Shown here piece after piece: positions 13,960-25,574 of a stretch of DNA of 64,000 nt. This stretch comes from Camelus ferus (lineage: Eukaryota): positions 6,450,001-6,514,000 of the forward strand of contig NC_045696.1 in NCBI RefSeq assembly GCF_009834535.1. Direction: 5' to 3'. The number at the start of each line of letters is the position of its first letter. The stretch's first letter is position 1. The notes beneath the pieces were generated by a model, which saw nothing but the letters and a program-made list of their open reading frames with translations, searched no databases and was not told where the DNA came from. The position numbers were made by a program, and so were the translations under genes.

Positions 13960-14460
13960 TGCATCATTCTGTCTCTCTCTGGTCCCCTCTATGTCTTCTG
14001 CCTTCAAGAGATAGAGCTTAATTCCCCATCTTTTGAGTGTAGGCTGGGCTTAATGATCTGCTGCTAATAAATAGAAAGTAGCAGAGGCGATGGCGGGTGG
14101 CTTCTGAGATTAGGTGGTAAAAGGCATTGTGACCTTCTCTTTGCCTTCCCTCTTGGATAACTCACTCTGGGGAAGCTAGCTTCCATGTCAGGACACTCAA
14201 GCAGCCCTATGGAGAGGCTCATGGGTAAGGAACCCAGACCTCCTGCCAATAGCCAACCATCCATCCCCGATCAAGTCTTCAGATGACATCATTCATGGTC
14301 AACATTTTGACAAAATTTCATGAAAGATTATGAGCCAGAACCACCCAAATAAGCTGCTTCTGAATTGCTAATGCACAGAAATGTGAAATAATAAATGTTT
14401 GTTGTTTCAAGCCACTACATTTTGGGGAAATTGATGATACTGCAATAGATAACTAATACA
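13960..14460 (+). mobile_element. MLT1F-like MaLR LTR
   Basis: ctcactctggggaagctagcttccatgtc...ataataaatgtttgttgtttcaagccactac...gcaatagataactaataca terminus. Confidence 0.7.
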
Positions 14461-15124
14461 ACTTGCTTTCTCAAGATTGCTGCCTATGGGTTCTGCCCAA
14501 CCTAGCCTATTGCATTAGACTTTAAGAGAGGCTGAGCTGAGACAGCCTGGGTTGACCTCAGACCTGGTGATCCCTCTGCTTCTGAAATATCTTTGTCTGA
14601 TTTTTCTCTCATTCTGTCGACAAGCTATGTGTCAACTCTCTGGTTTTCTGAGGCTAAAGAATATTGCTTAAAGAAATACTTTTCCCACAGATGAAAAGGG
14701 GGGGGGTTACAGGAGCCTAGAACCCTAAAATTCTGGGTTTTGCAGACTGTAGCTGAAACAGTGTGGGTTTCCAAACCCCACAGGCATGCATTGGGTCCTA
14801 CCTAATGTGCTGGCTGTTTGAACTTGGTTATTGTATTTAGCTTCTCGGAAGCTCTCGCTCCTTCTCTGTTGGTCAAATAATAGTTACTTAGGATTCAGTT
14901 TGGCTATGGAAGAAGAAGAGCAATGGTTTAATCAAGGTAGAAGTTTACTCTTCCATGTCAAAATCCAAAAGTCTGGAGCTGGTGTGGCCTCCATGATGTC
15001 GAGAAATCCAGGATCTTTGTATCTTCTTGTTCCACCATGTGTGGTTATTTTGGTCAAATGTTCTAACTAAAGGCTCTAACTCCAAAATATTCACTGAAAA
15101 GCAAAAACTTGGACTTGGACCATG

Positions 15125-15460
15125 TATCCACTAGGATTCTACCAGAAAAACAGAACTAGTTGGATATGAATGAAGACATGAATGTATGTGTGCATGTATT
15201 TCAGGGAATTGGCTTCTGCAGCCGTGGCATCTGGCTGGCAAGGCTGAACTCTAGTGGGCGAGTCAGCTGGATGGAAGCTCTCAGGCAGTCCACAGGCAGA
15301 ATTTCTTCTTCCTCACTTTCGCTCCTAAGGTCTTTCAACTGATTGGATGGGGCCCACCCAGATTATCAGGGACAATCTCCTTTCCTTACAGTGAGCTGAC
15401 TATGGCTGTCAAGCACGTCCACAAGACACCTTACAGTAATACCTAGGTAAGTGTTTGAAT
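15125..15460 (-). mobile_element. MLT2-like (ERVL) LTR fragment
   Basis: ggattctaccagaaaaacagaac...ggtctttcaactgattggatggggcccacccagattatc motif. Confidence 0.6.
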
Positions 15461-17339
15461 AACTGCCAAGAGCACACAAGACATCCCAGGCTGCCGTCCG
15501 GTCTGAGACTGATTTCCCACAAGCTGGTCTCCCTCAAAGCTCCGTGAGGGCCAGGGACAGCTGAGTGCGGGCAGTGGCAAATCAGGGCCTTCCTGCCAGG
15601 TTACAGAAACTACACCTGCCAGGCTTGGATTTCGAGCCCTGGTTCGCCAGGAAAGGGACCTGTGCTCCCCAAACGTGAGTCTGAGCTGCTGGGACAGGGA
15701 TCTAGGGAAAGCCCTGCCACCCCTACGGCTCTTGGATCCTGGCTCCAGGTCCTGCTGGAAGAGACAAGCTTAAGCCCCTCAAAGGGCAGGGGTCCCTCTC
15801 CTGCAGCCTGGTGCCAGGCCCTGCCAGCCCTCCATGGCCGGCCAGCCATGGGACAATGTGTCCACGGGTGACCCACGCGCCCGCTTCTGCTTCTGACTCC
15901 CTGAATTTTCTCCAGTTAATGCCTCCCAGCAGGTCCTGAGTGTGTGCAGGGGGATCGGGCCACGTGTCCTTGGTTGAGTGCCATCTGCAGGCCAGCTGGC
16001 GCCAGTGAGGAAGGGATGAACAGGAGGGACCAAGCACACGTGGCAAGCGTGCTCACTCCCCCAGCGCGCGCCCAGCAGCAGGAAGTCTGAAGGATGCACT
16101 CGTTGCTCTATTAATATGGAAAAAGAGGAAGAAAAGACACTGGTAACTGTCCCTTCTGCCAGCAGGGCTGCCACCAGCACACAGGGCCCCTTTGTGCAAA
16201 TGAGAAAAGGCGCTCGCTTTGGGCAGCCAAACCCTCTGGGTGAAGGGTTCACAACAACGTGGCCTCCCCAGGGTGACACGCCCCTGGGCCAGGGGACAGG
16301 GACTGACCTCGTGTCCGCCTCCACCTGCCCCAGCCCCTCAGCCAGCACCTTTCTGCGGTGCCCCAGGCTGCTCAGAACTGGCCGGACCTGGGGGTCAGTA
16401 CTGGGAATCTTTTGTAACAAGCCTGTGCCCTGTGCTCCCGTTTGAAGGCTGTTTGAAGGCCGAATCTTGAATCTTGGCTCTTCGGAGACCTCTTTCCTGC
16501 ACAGGTGCCTAAACAGCCAAGCTCGAGGGGCTCTGAGCTTGAGACTTTGTGAAGAAGCTGAGAGGATTTGATGACCACACCTGCAATTACATTTTTTAAG
16601 GAGCGCCAAACACTGCAAACTTTATATTTTCATGTCTAGTTGGTCTAAAAGGGATACAAATTGAGAATGTTCCTTCTCACAAGGGAGCTGCAGGGGACAT
16701 CTGATTCTGGATTCCAGAAGCTTCCTATCATGTTGAAAATAGAACCTCAAACTCCTGGCCAGGTCTGCAGGCTCCGCAGGGCTCACCCCCGCGGCCTTCT
16801 CTAGTTTCATTACTCGGCCCTCCCCCTACTCTCCGTCTTTCTCAAACTCATCACCTTTTCCAAGTTCAAGCCTTTGCATGAGCAGGTCCCATTCCCAGGG
16901 CACTTTTTCTCCAGATCATCACAGAGCAGTCGTCTTCTTGTCCTTTGCATCTCGGCGAGGCCATCTCTGATCGCATCTAATTCAGCCTCCTGCATAATGC
17001 CACCTCCCCAGGGGTACTTCCCTCCGGGCCCTTTATCACTGGCGTTCTCCCCTTTTACGTATTTGTCTTTTGTCATCGTCTCATCATTGCTGTTGAAGCT
17101 TCCACGAAGGAGAGTCCTGGCCCCCGGAGGGGTGACTCAGGAAGGGTGTTCTTACCTGTAAGGGACACAGATTTGGAAAGTTCAGGGCTAGGCCTCCAGC
17201 AGGATGCTTCCAGGGGCTTTGTGACCTGTCTTACTCTGTCTCTCAGCTTCATTTCCTCTCTGAGGGTTCAGCCTTAGGTGGGCTTGTTTTAGGCCACACC
17301 AACATAGTTGCCAAAACCAAACTTCAGGCTTAGGGACAA

Positions 17340-17533
17340 TCTCTCAACATCAGCGCTATTGGCATTTGGGGCCGAATGATGGCTGTGGGGCTGCCCTGTG
17401 CACTGTAAGATGCTCTGCAGCATCCCTGGCCTCTACCCGCCAGCATGCCAGTCGTCCCGGACATGACAGCTCAGAAACGTTACCCAGGTTTTCCCAAACA
17501 CCCCTTGAGGAGCACCCCTGGTTGAGAATCACC
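17340..17533. mobile_element. MER20-like DNA transposon
   Basis: tctcaac...ctattggcatttggggc...ctgtgcactgtaagatg...cagcatccctggcctctaccc...ccctggttgagaatcac. Confidence 0.7.
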
Positions 17534-18094
17534 AGCTACATGATGGCCTTTCAGCCGCTCCAGGTGAAAAAGCATCTCTTTTTCCCAACAGTGTGAAGAG
17601 GAGACTTGGAATTAAGCCTCCCTCCTGGACTTTGGTCCCATGCCCTTCCCTGAGCCCATCACTGTAGCCAGAGAAATGGAATACACTGATTGGCCAGCCT
17701 GAATCACTCATGTGCCATCGAGTTGGGGTTGGGTCAATCACACTCCAGCCTTTGATGGTTAAGGAGGAGTTGTCACCCAAAGGGAAATGAGGGAATTGTA
17801 ACCAGAAGGGAAGAATTTTCCTATTCGTCTAAATGCAGTCTCTTTGGAAGAGTCTGCATTGTTATTTTCATGCCACCAGAGGTCAGCACTGGGCCATGCC
17901 ATGCCAATATCATGCCAATGTCATGGTGGTCCTCATACCCTAAGAAAATGCAGATGATTTTAAGTATTTTAATTCACAGAGCAGAGATCCTTAGCTGGGG
18001 CTGGCTACCCTCTAAACTGCATAGCAAAATTTTTTGCATTTGTGAATTTTTCTGGTGAGATGGCCCACTGCTTTCACCAAATCTCCAAAGTTTA

Positions 18095-18322
18095 TAAACA
18101 GTAAGGTCCCACTGCACAGCACAGGGAACTAAATTCAATACCTTCTTATAGTCTATAATGAAAAAGAATATGAAAATAGATAAACCTATACTTATGTATA
18201 ACTGAACCACTATGCTGTACACCAGAAAGCAGCACAACCTTGTAAACCCACTCTACTTCAATAAATTTTTTTAATTTTTAAAAATTAAAAGTAAAAAAAG
18301 AAAAAAAATTTAAAAAAATTAA
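18095..18322 (+). mobile_element. Short L1 3'-end insertion with 16-bp TSD
   Basis: taaacagtaaggtcccactgcacagcacagggaac...caataaa plus A-rich tail; flanked by aaatctccaaagttta (18079-18094) and aaatccccaaagttta (18323-18338). Confidence 0.8.
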
Positions 18323-18344
18323 AAATCCCCAAAGTTTAAATATT

Positions 18345-18497
18345 AAAAGCAACTGATCTAGAAATTGACCTCCTTGTTTCAGGAAGGATGTTTGGTATAA
18401 ATGTCTTGGGAAAATAACTTAAACTCATTTTAATTCAAGTCCTCAGATATACACAGAGAGTATGCAGATTATTATAGCAAAGCTACCCTTCCCAGTA
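18345..18497 (+). repeat. Left copy of 153-bp direct repeat (putative long TSD)
   Basis: aaaagcaactgatctagaaattgac...agctacccttcccagta; ungapped match to 31907-32059 with 11 mismatches by manual count. Confidence 0.95.
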
Positions 18498-18889
18498 AAG
18501 AAGAACAGAGGAAGGGTTAAAACTACCTGCTTCGGGGCTATTTACCTTTAGGAGAGTGGCTTAGGGAAAGTGTCTTAGGAAGTTCAGACTCTGATGAGCC
18601 AAGACTGGAATCCTGCCGATTGTAAACGGCCCATGATGGGGATGCTTCAAGGAGAAGTCTTCTTGGGTTTAGACAGTGAATGCAGGTGTGTCATCCAGCT
18701 CATGGCAACGTCTCAAACCCTTGTGTCATGCCAGGGTCATGCTCTATAAACTGAGGGCATCGGTGTACCCAGGACTTGATATATTTCATCTCATTTCACC
18801 ATCCCCCAAACTGAGCAGATGTGGTTATCTCATTTGATAGATAAGGAAACAAGCTTCAAGACAAGCAAAGCCATTTCTTACGTAGCTGG

Positions 18890-19203
18890 TATCTCAGTTT
18901 GGGCTGCTGTCACAAATTACTGCAGGCTGAGTGGCTGAAACAGCAAACATTGATTTCTCATCGTTCTTGGGGCTGAAAGTCCGAGGGGAGGGTGCCAGCG
19001 TGGCTGGGTTCTTCGTGAGGACCCTCTTCCTGATTTACAGGTGGCGGTCTTCCTGTTGTGTCCTCACGCGGCAGAGAGGAAGCAAGCTCTCTCTCGTTTC
19101 TTCTTTGAAATGAATTAACTCCATCGTGAGGGTTCCACCCTCATGCTCTAATTATCTCCCAAAGGCTCCATCCCCAAAGGCCATCACATTGGAAATTAGG
19201 GTT
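18890..19203 (-). mobile_element. MLT1A-like MaLR LTR
   Basis: gggctgctgtcacaaattac...ctaattatctcccaaaggctccatccccaaaggccatcacattgg. Confidence 0.7.
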
Positions 19204-19259
19204 GGTGCGGATCCTGGGTGCGTGGCTGACCTTGAGTAAATTAATTGACCTGTTTGTGG

Positions 19260-19870
19260 TCTATCCATACGATGGAACATTATTCAGGTTTTAAAAATAA
19301 TGAAATTCTGACACATGTTACAACAGGAACTTTGAAAACATGCTGAGCCAAATAGACCAGTCACAGAAGGAGAGATACTGTATGTTCACTTCAGGGAGGT
19401 ACCTAGGAGTCAGTCATGGAGACAGAAGGTAGACAAACAGATGAACATCAAGTTCATGCTGTGCAGCCCGGGGAACTGTATTCAATACCCTGCAGTAACT
19501 TATGGTGAAGGAGAGCATGAAACGAATACATGCACGTCCATGAAAGACTGACGCGTTGTGCTGTGCACCTGAAACTGACGCAGCGTTGTACACCGGCCAT
19601 ACTCCAATTAAAAATATATATATATATATATGAAAATTAGAATAGAGGTTTTAAAGGGCTGAGGAGTCAGTGTTTAATGGGGACAGGGTTCAGTTTGGGA
19701 AGATGAGAAAGTCCTGGAGACGGATTGTGGAGATAGGTTGTATGACCGTGGGGGTGAATTTTACACTCAAATTACCTTTAATGCCAGTGAACTTTACATT
19801 TAAAATAGTTAAAATGGTAACTATTAACTTAAACATAGTTAAAATGGTTTATATATTTTTTGATAAAACA
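19260..19870 (+). mobile_element. Old L1M 3' end with a nested younger L1 3' fragment (~19430-19630)
   Basis: tatccatacgatggaacattattcag...tttaatggggacagggttcagtttggg...aaaatagttaaaatgg, interrupted by an ...ctgtgcagcccggggaactg...(AT)n segment. Confidence 0.6.
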
Positions 19871-22800
19871 ATTTCAAGAATGCCCAAAAAAGGCTCTCAA
19901 AATCCAGTAACCAAATAATCCTTGAAGGCAGTGTATTTTTAAAAAATCCAAATTAAAGGAGAAAAATCCACGAGGAACAATAGCGAAATTTTAGATAAAG
20001 AGAAAGGGCATGACTGACTTCTCCTTTTGCCCCGGGCTCCACGAAGGCTCAGCCTGCCTCTGAGAGTCACCCTTCTCTGAGAGCTGACATCCTGGTCACA
20101 GCACGAGTGTGGTTTCTCACTCGGGTGGCAACCCCGCCAAGGCACAATTGTTCTCACTTCTCAGTTATATAAACTGAGCCTTCTTGGGGTTAAGGCACTT
20201 GCCTGCAGTCAGTCCTGTGCCTCTGGCCTCTGCAGACCGACCTCTCCAGCTGTGTCCAGCTGAGGAGGAGGTGGCCGCGGGCTCAGAATGGAAGCCTCCC
20301 TGAGAAGAGCCTCTGTGCAGGTCCGAGGGCGAGCTGGAGGTCTCCGTCCTGCCCCGAGGCTCACGGGGAGCAGGCTAATGGGTGACTTTTCCTGCTGTGA
20401 CTCTGCACTCATCTCTTTTTAAATTTCATGTTCTTTCTGATGCTGTGATCCTTCTAGGTCTGCAATAAACTGTAATTAATTGTTATTAATAAATATGTAA
20501 ATCATTGTTGGTGAATGAGTGAATGCATGAATGAACAAAATAAAAGTCTCACCAGTTTAACCCTGAGAAAGAACACACAGCCTTCTTGGCCGCTGTCTTG
20601 GAAATTTGTGCCTGGGGTAGCTGTCGCTTGAGAATTTTGTAGGTTGAAATGACAAAGCGTACAGATGTTGTGACGCTTTTAAAGCACCATATATTAAATA
20701 CATCTCTCTCTAAACCCTCGCTGGAGGTGGAGACAGAGCAATACATATTCTTTCACTTCTACTTCTCTTCACAAGTGGGTAAATTTCTGTATTAGTCACC
20801 CAACACTTACACGTAAGATGTGTTTGCATTTGAGGTGTCCACTAGCCGCACAGACAGCTGAGCTGTCAGACACCCCACTCACGGACAGACGAGCTCGTGT
20901 TTGTGGTCCGAAGCCATAGACTCTTCCCCTGGTTAAAGAGCCTTTTGTCTTGCAAAACAGGTCTAGGGCGGGCCCCCCAAGGGGCCTCTGTGGTTCCTTG
21001 TGCTCCTCTGAAACAGGGGACTTCCAGGGACAACAAGGTAGAGGGAGCAGTGACGGAACAGGTGGGAACCGTGTGTGTGCAGGAGACACACCTCCTCTGC
21101 CCTCTGGTCGTGCCCTCCTGGCTTTCAGGTTTCTGGCCCCAGAGAGCTAACTGCACAGACGCTCCTGTTCACTCAGCCCGGGCTGCTCTAGGTCCTTGCC
21201 TTTTCGCCTGCGCTGTGCCTTCAGCCAGAAATGCCTCTGCCCGCTTCCACTCCCTCTGCTCCTACCCCATAACCAGCGAAAGACCTTTCCTGGCTCAGGT
21301 CCAGTGCCAGCGCGGACACAGGCCGACCGAGACCTGATGAATCAGAATCTGCTTTGTGACAAGACCTCCAAGGGGTTCGCAGGCCCCTCCAAGTGTGGAA
21401 AGCCCTGTAGAGAACTCCTGCTGGTGCTTCAGTACTCAGCTCAGGGCCACCTCCCCCAGGGAGCCCTCCCTGACCTCCCACCTCACCCGAGGTTGCTGCA
21501 GGCAGTCTGGGCGCCGGTGCAGAGCCAACAGTGAGTGTGTAGGCCTCCTTCACCAGCACTCCTGGGCCCTGAGTCCGTCTCTCCACAGCCCGCACACCCT
21601 GCTGGAGGAAACCTAGGGTTCACCTTGGTCTCCCCACGAGTAGCGTCCTCACAGCTCCACTCGGGTAGCCAGCGCCTCACACTTGGGAATCCTCCCCCTC
21701 CCCTCCAGCCCCTCCCGTACCTGCCCTTGGAGTCCCTGTGGTGGGACCCCCAGGGGTGAGACCACTGATCCCGAGGGCCATCAGGGATGGCAGACACCTG
21801 GGGAGCCCAAGTGCTCGCCTGCTCAACCCTCTGTGCCCCAGAGATGAAGGCTTTCACGGGGTGTCACTCAGGGACGCTTGGCTGGATTTTTTCAGGCTTC
21901 CTCTGATGAGATTTGTTAAAAGTTCCTTGAAGTAGAACAAAAGTACACAGGGTTCTTAGAAAAGTCTAGGAGTCGTTCCTCAGTCTTCTTCTCTGACCGT
22001 CCAGTCACCTGCACACGGTCTTTGTGTTCTCCTGGATCTGTGTTTCACCCCCCAGCACAGCCCCCAGTGCTCCACGCAGACCCCTGTGAGCCCCCTTCCT
22101 GCAAACTCCCCCCTCCCCCACCCCACCTTCCGCTCTCTCCCCGCCCACAGAGACCTGTGTAGGATACACATCACTCCGTGTCCTCGGCCTCCAGCCCTCT
22201 CCCCCAGGTCTGCACCCTCCCCTGGTGTCCCTACCCTGCGCTAGAGAGATGTCTGTGCAGCGGGCCTGCTCCCCGCCCCCTCTTCCCCTCCCCGTCCTCT
22301 TTGCCCCATTTCCCTGCCCAGAAACCCAGCTTCTCAGGTCTCTATACTCCTGTCCTCTCTGCCTGGAGTACTCTGCCCCCTGACTTTCCCAGGCCAACTC
22401 CTCTTCCCTTTTAAAATCTCAGCATAAATACCACCTCCTGGTTTCGCATGTTGCACGTCACCCACTGGAGCTGTCTGCAGAGCAGAGATTGCCATCCTTT
22501 GTCTCTTTTTTCTTTATTATCTGAGCTCGTCCTTCCCTGGGTCCATGGGGAGGGGGCCACAGGCCTCACCTGGCTGCCTTTTTCCATCACTCCAACACCT
22601 ATACGTTGTCAAAGGCCACAGACACTCCAAACATACTAAATAAGTGGATGTGAATGAAGGCAATAGACACACACACACATTGGATCAAATAGGGTCAAGT
22701 GTGCTGGTCGTTCTCCAGGTTCTACGGGCCTTTTCTGGGCTGCTCTGCACCGGAGGCTGACTCCTGCCTGCCCTCCCCGGGTCCCCTGGGTGGCTGCCTT

Positions 22801-23144
22801 TTGCTCCAGCAGTAAAAGGAGGGACAGGACAGAGGCGGGGAAGGTTTCCCTGTCCCCCTGACGGCCCCTCGCTGAGCTCAGATGCCGTCTTCGCCCCTCA
22901 TCCTCCAGACCCAGCAGTGAGAAGAGCTTCCTTACTGCCGGCACCTCAGAGCCCTCTTCCTCGGTCCCCCCACATCCCTGATACAGCTCAGGTGACTGCC
23001 TGCATCTCAGCGCCCTCAGCTGCACCGTTTGGATGAAGGGTTTCTAGTTGGACCCTTACTGAATCATCAGGTACCTCTCATTTTCTGTCGATATGATCTA
23101 TGACTCTTTTGTCTATATACAAATTATATACCAAAACAACACCA

Positions 23145-24095
23145 TTTTTATTTTCAACATTTATTTAATCACTTAAAAAAAATGAAACTCTAACTTTACA
23201 TTTTCAGCTACCCACAAAGCAACTGAATAGGCTGACTATCTGTACTGTGGTTGGCGTGTGTGTGTTTGCCATCAAGAGAATACTTTTTAATTTTGACTTC
23301 ATAAATTTTAGAAATGTAAAAACAGAGAAAACTTTTTAACAAAATAACAACAGTTAAGAAAAAAATTACAAAACAGAAAGACATGGCTGCAAAATCTTAA
23401 GTACTCCAATCTGTGAGTTTAGGATTAATCTAATCCGATGAATTTAGGACTAAACTGTGAATTTAGGCGTACACTAACGAAGATTACCTAGTTTGAACGT
23501 GGTGCTATTTTGTTAACATTTTTGTTTGGGTTTTGTTTTGTTTTCACATTTTTTAAAATCAACAGAAGTTGACTAAGGTAAGTGTTAAATTACCTCCTCA
23601 GTTTTGTAAAACTAGCCATTGCATACAGAAATGGTCTTTATTGTGTTCAACTTTTCCATTCATGTCAGACTTAATGGATGCTTCAAGTCATCGTGGGCAT
23701 TCAACTCATCAAAATAAAATACTTATTATGTATCCATGAGAATTATATTATTGGGTCTACATTTAAATAACACTACCATAGAGTTTTCATGCTATTCTAA
23801 TAAGAGTAATTGTGGCATCAATTTAGCAATAATAGCTTAACTAAACAAGGAACAAACGAAATTCCTTCAGCAGAAATACATGCAGATGGAAATGAAAATT
23901 TGAGAAAATCTTATAAATTATGTTTTATCTACTTAGAAAAGAACAATTAAGTTATAGTAGCTAAATATAAAGAGAAAAATCAAAATTACTTTCAAAAGAG
24001 AGCACACGTGCGGATGTTGTGCTGTGGTTGTGAGCGTCTGGACCGACTGCTGTGAGCTGAGTCACACCTGCAGGTGACCGCAGGTCCCTGCTCCC
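23145..24095 (-). other. 3' UTR of the cTAGE-like retrogene, with candidate poly(A) signals
   Basis: AT-rich tract after the stop. Minus-strand AATAAA at 23160-23165 and 23147-23152, followed by a GT-rich element (ggtgttgttttgg). Homologous to the UTR of the second copy at ~27750-28120. Confidence 0.6.
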
Positions 24096-25574
24096 TCACC
24101 GCGGTGCCTTCCTCCTTCCCGGGGGGCCTGATGGCCCAGGGCCCCCCCCCCCCGACACTGGCGGGCCCCTGGGGGCTGCGGGCGGAGCAGCAGGAGCACC
24201 AGGGCCCCTGGGGGGAGGCTGGACGTTGGACTCGACCTGGGCCAGCATCTGCCGGGTGCGGTCACTCTCCTGTCGCAGCTCCTGGAGCTTTCTCTTGGTG
24301 GCCACCGCCGCCAGCCAGCCTTCCCCAGCTCTTTTCTCTTGGAAGTGGATCTTCTTGAGGTGGTAGGAGGTGGTTCTCTCCAATTCCTCGCCTGCGTCTT
24401 GGGCCATCTTCTTGCAGAGGTCGCGCATCTGACGTGTGGAGTCCAGGTCTCTACACACGTGGGTGAGTTGCTTCTCAACTTGTAAGCAGCGAGCTTCCAC
24501 CTGGGACAACTCTCTGTGAAGCTGCGTCACACAGTCGTCATAGGCGTCAGGCAGACTTTGAAGCTTCAGCTTCAGCTGCTCAATCTCACCATCGAGCCGG
24601 GAATTCTCACCCTTCACAGAGGCTTCTTCTGTTTGGAGACTTGTAACTTGTGCTGTAAGCTCTTGGATCATCTGCTTTTCTTCCCGCAGGCGCCTGGCTG
24701 TTCCCTGATGTTCCTCTTGGGGACGGGGAAGGCGCACACTGCGGCCAGCATCACCAGTGACGCCCTTCAGATCGCCCTCCGCCCCGGGGACAGGGCGATG
24801 GCCACCTTCTGCCCCCTCCTTCTGCTGGATGTCTGCGCGCCCGCCACCCGCGGGGCCCCCACGGAGGCGGGGCGAGGGGCTGGCCTTCAGCAGGTGGTCC
24901 GCGACGGATCTGAGTCGGCTGATTCTGCCTTGCAGGCCCTGCGCCTTTCCTGCCTTCGGCCGCTCCAGCCTCCCGCCCAGCTCCTCCTTTCCCTGGACTT
25001 GTCGCTCCCTTCTTCCAATTTCTGGGTGAAACCGCTCTGGACTCTCTGGAAAACCAACCCTCTTATTCAGATCATTCTTTTCTGTCTTCTGAGCTCGTTC
25101 TCCATTCTCCTCTGATGGCTTTAAGGTGTGTTTTCCGTCAGTGACTCGGGAGAGTTGAGGAGGCTGGCTCTTCAGTGCCTTTTCTATAAAGGCAACAGTG
25201 CCCTCAAACAATGTCCTTCTCAGGTTTTCTTTCAAGGCCCAAAAGCATAAGACTTTTAACAAGGGAGGACTGGCCTCCGGCCCAGGTGGCTTGAGGGCTT
25301 CGTGGGCCTGAGTCATCGGGCCCATAGTCTCTTCACATTTTCCACAGACTTCGTCTCGGGCTGAAGACGTTTTTCCAAGCGACCTCCCCCTTCTTAAAGC
25401 GTACCGTCCACTTCCTGCCAGGACCAGCACCCCAGCACACACCAGGCTCTCCCAGCGAAGCACAGGCAGACCCGGGACGTGTGTCAGGCTTTCGTAAACA
25501 AGCAGCAGAGCGCCCCACAGGGGCTCCAGGATCAGCTGGAAAGTGGCCCCGCGGGCAGCCTGCAGGACCTCCAT
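24096..25574 (-). CDS. Intronless cTAGE5/MIA2 (CTAGE family)-derived retrogene, 492 aa: N-terminal hydrophobic/TM segment, coiled coils, short Pro-rich tail
   Basis: Uninterrupted ORF with ATG in perfect Kozak context (GCCGCCATGG). GLPVLRWESLVCAGVLVL resembles cTAGE5 GFPWELVICAAVVG. LQTEEASVKGEN...EELERTTSYHLKKIHFQEKRAGEGWLAAVATKRKLQELRQE is collinear with cTAGE5 LQTEQASLQSEN...[41 protein letters not shown] (recalled sequence). No introns, whereas the parent is multi-exon. Confidence 0.85.
   Translation of the reverse strand: MEVLQAARGATFQLILEPLWGALLLVYESLTHVPGLPVLRWESLVCAGVLVLAGSGRYALRRGRSLGKTSSARDEVCGKCEETMGPMTQAHEALKPPGPEASPPLLKVLCFWALKENLRRTLFEGTVAFIEKALKSQPPQLSRVTDGKHTLKPSEENGERAQKTEKNDLNKRVGFPESPERFHPEIGRRERQVQGKEELGGRLERPKAGKAQGLQGRISRLRSVADHLLKASPSPRLRGGPAGGGRADIQQKEGAEGGHRPVPGAEGDLKGVTGDAGRSVRLPRPQEEHQGTARRLREEKQMIQELTAQVTSLQTEEASVKGENSRLDGEIEQLKLKLQSLPDAYDDCVTQLHRELSQVEARCLQVEKQLTHVCRDLDSTRQMRDLCKKMAQDAGEELERTTSYHLKKIHFQEKRAGEGWLAAVATKRKLQELRQESDRTRQMLAQVESNVQPPPRGPGAPAAPPAAPRGPPVSGGGGPGPSGPPGRRKAPR

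Noticed and set aside
15779..16618. 279-aa minus-strand ORF
   Set aside because: No recognisable domain, non-ATG start, GC-rich sequence with overlapping ORFs in several frames; consistent with chance.
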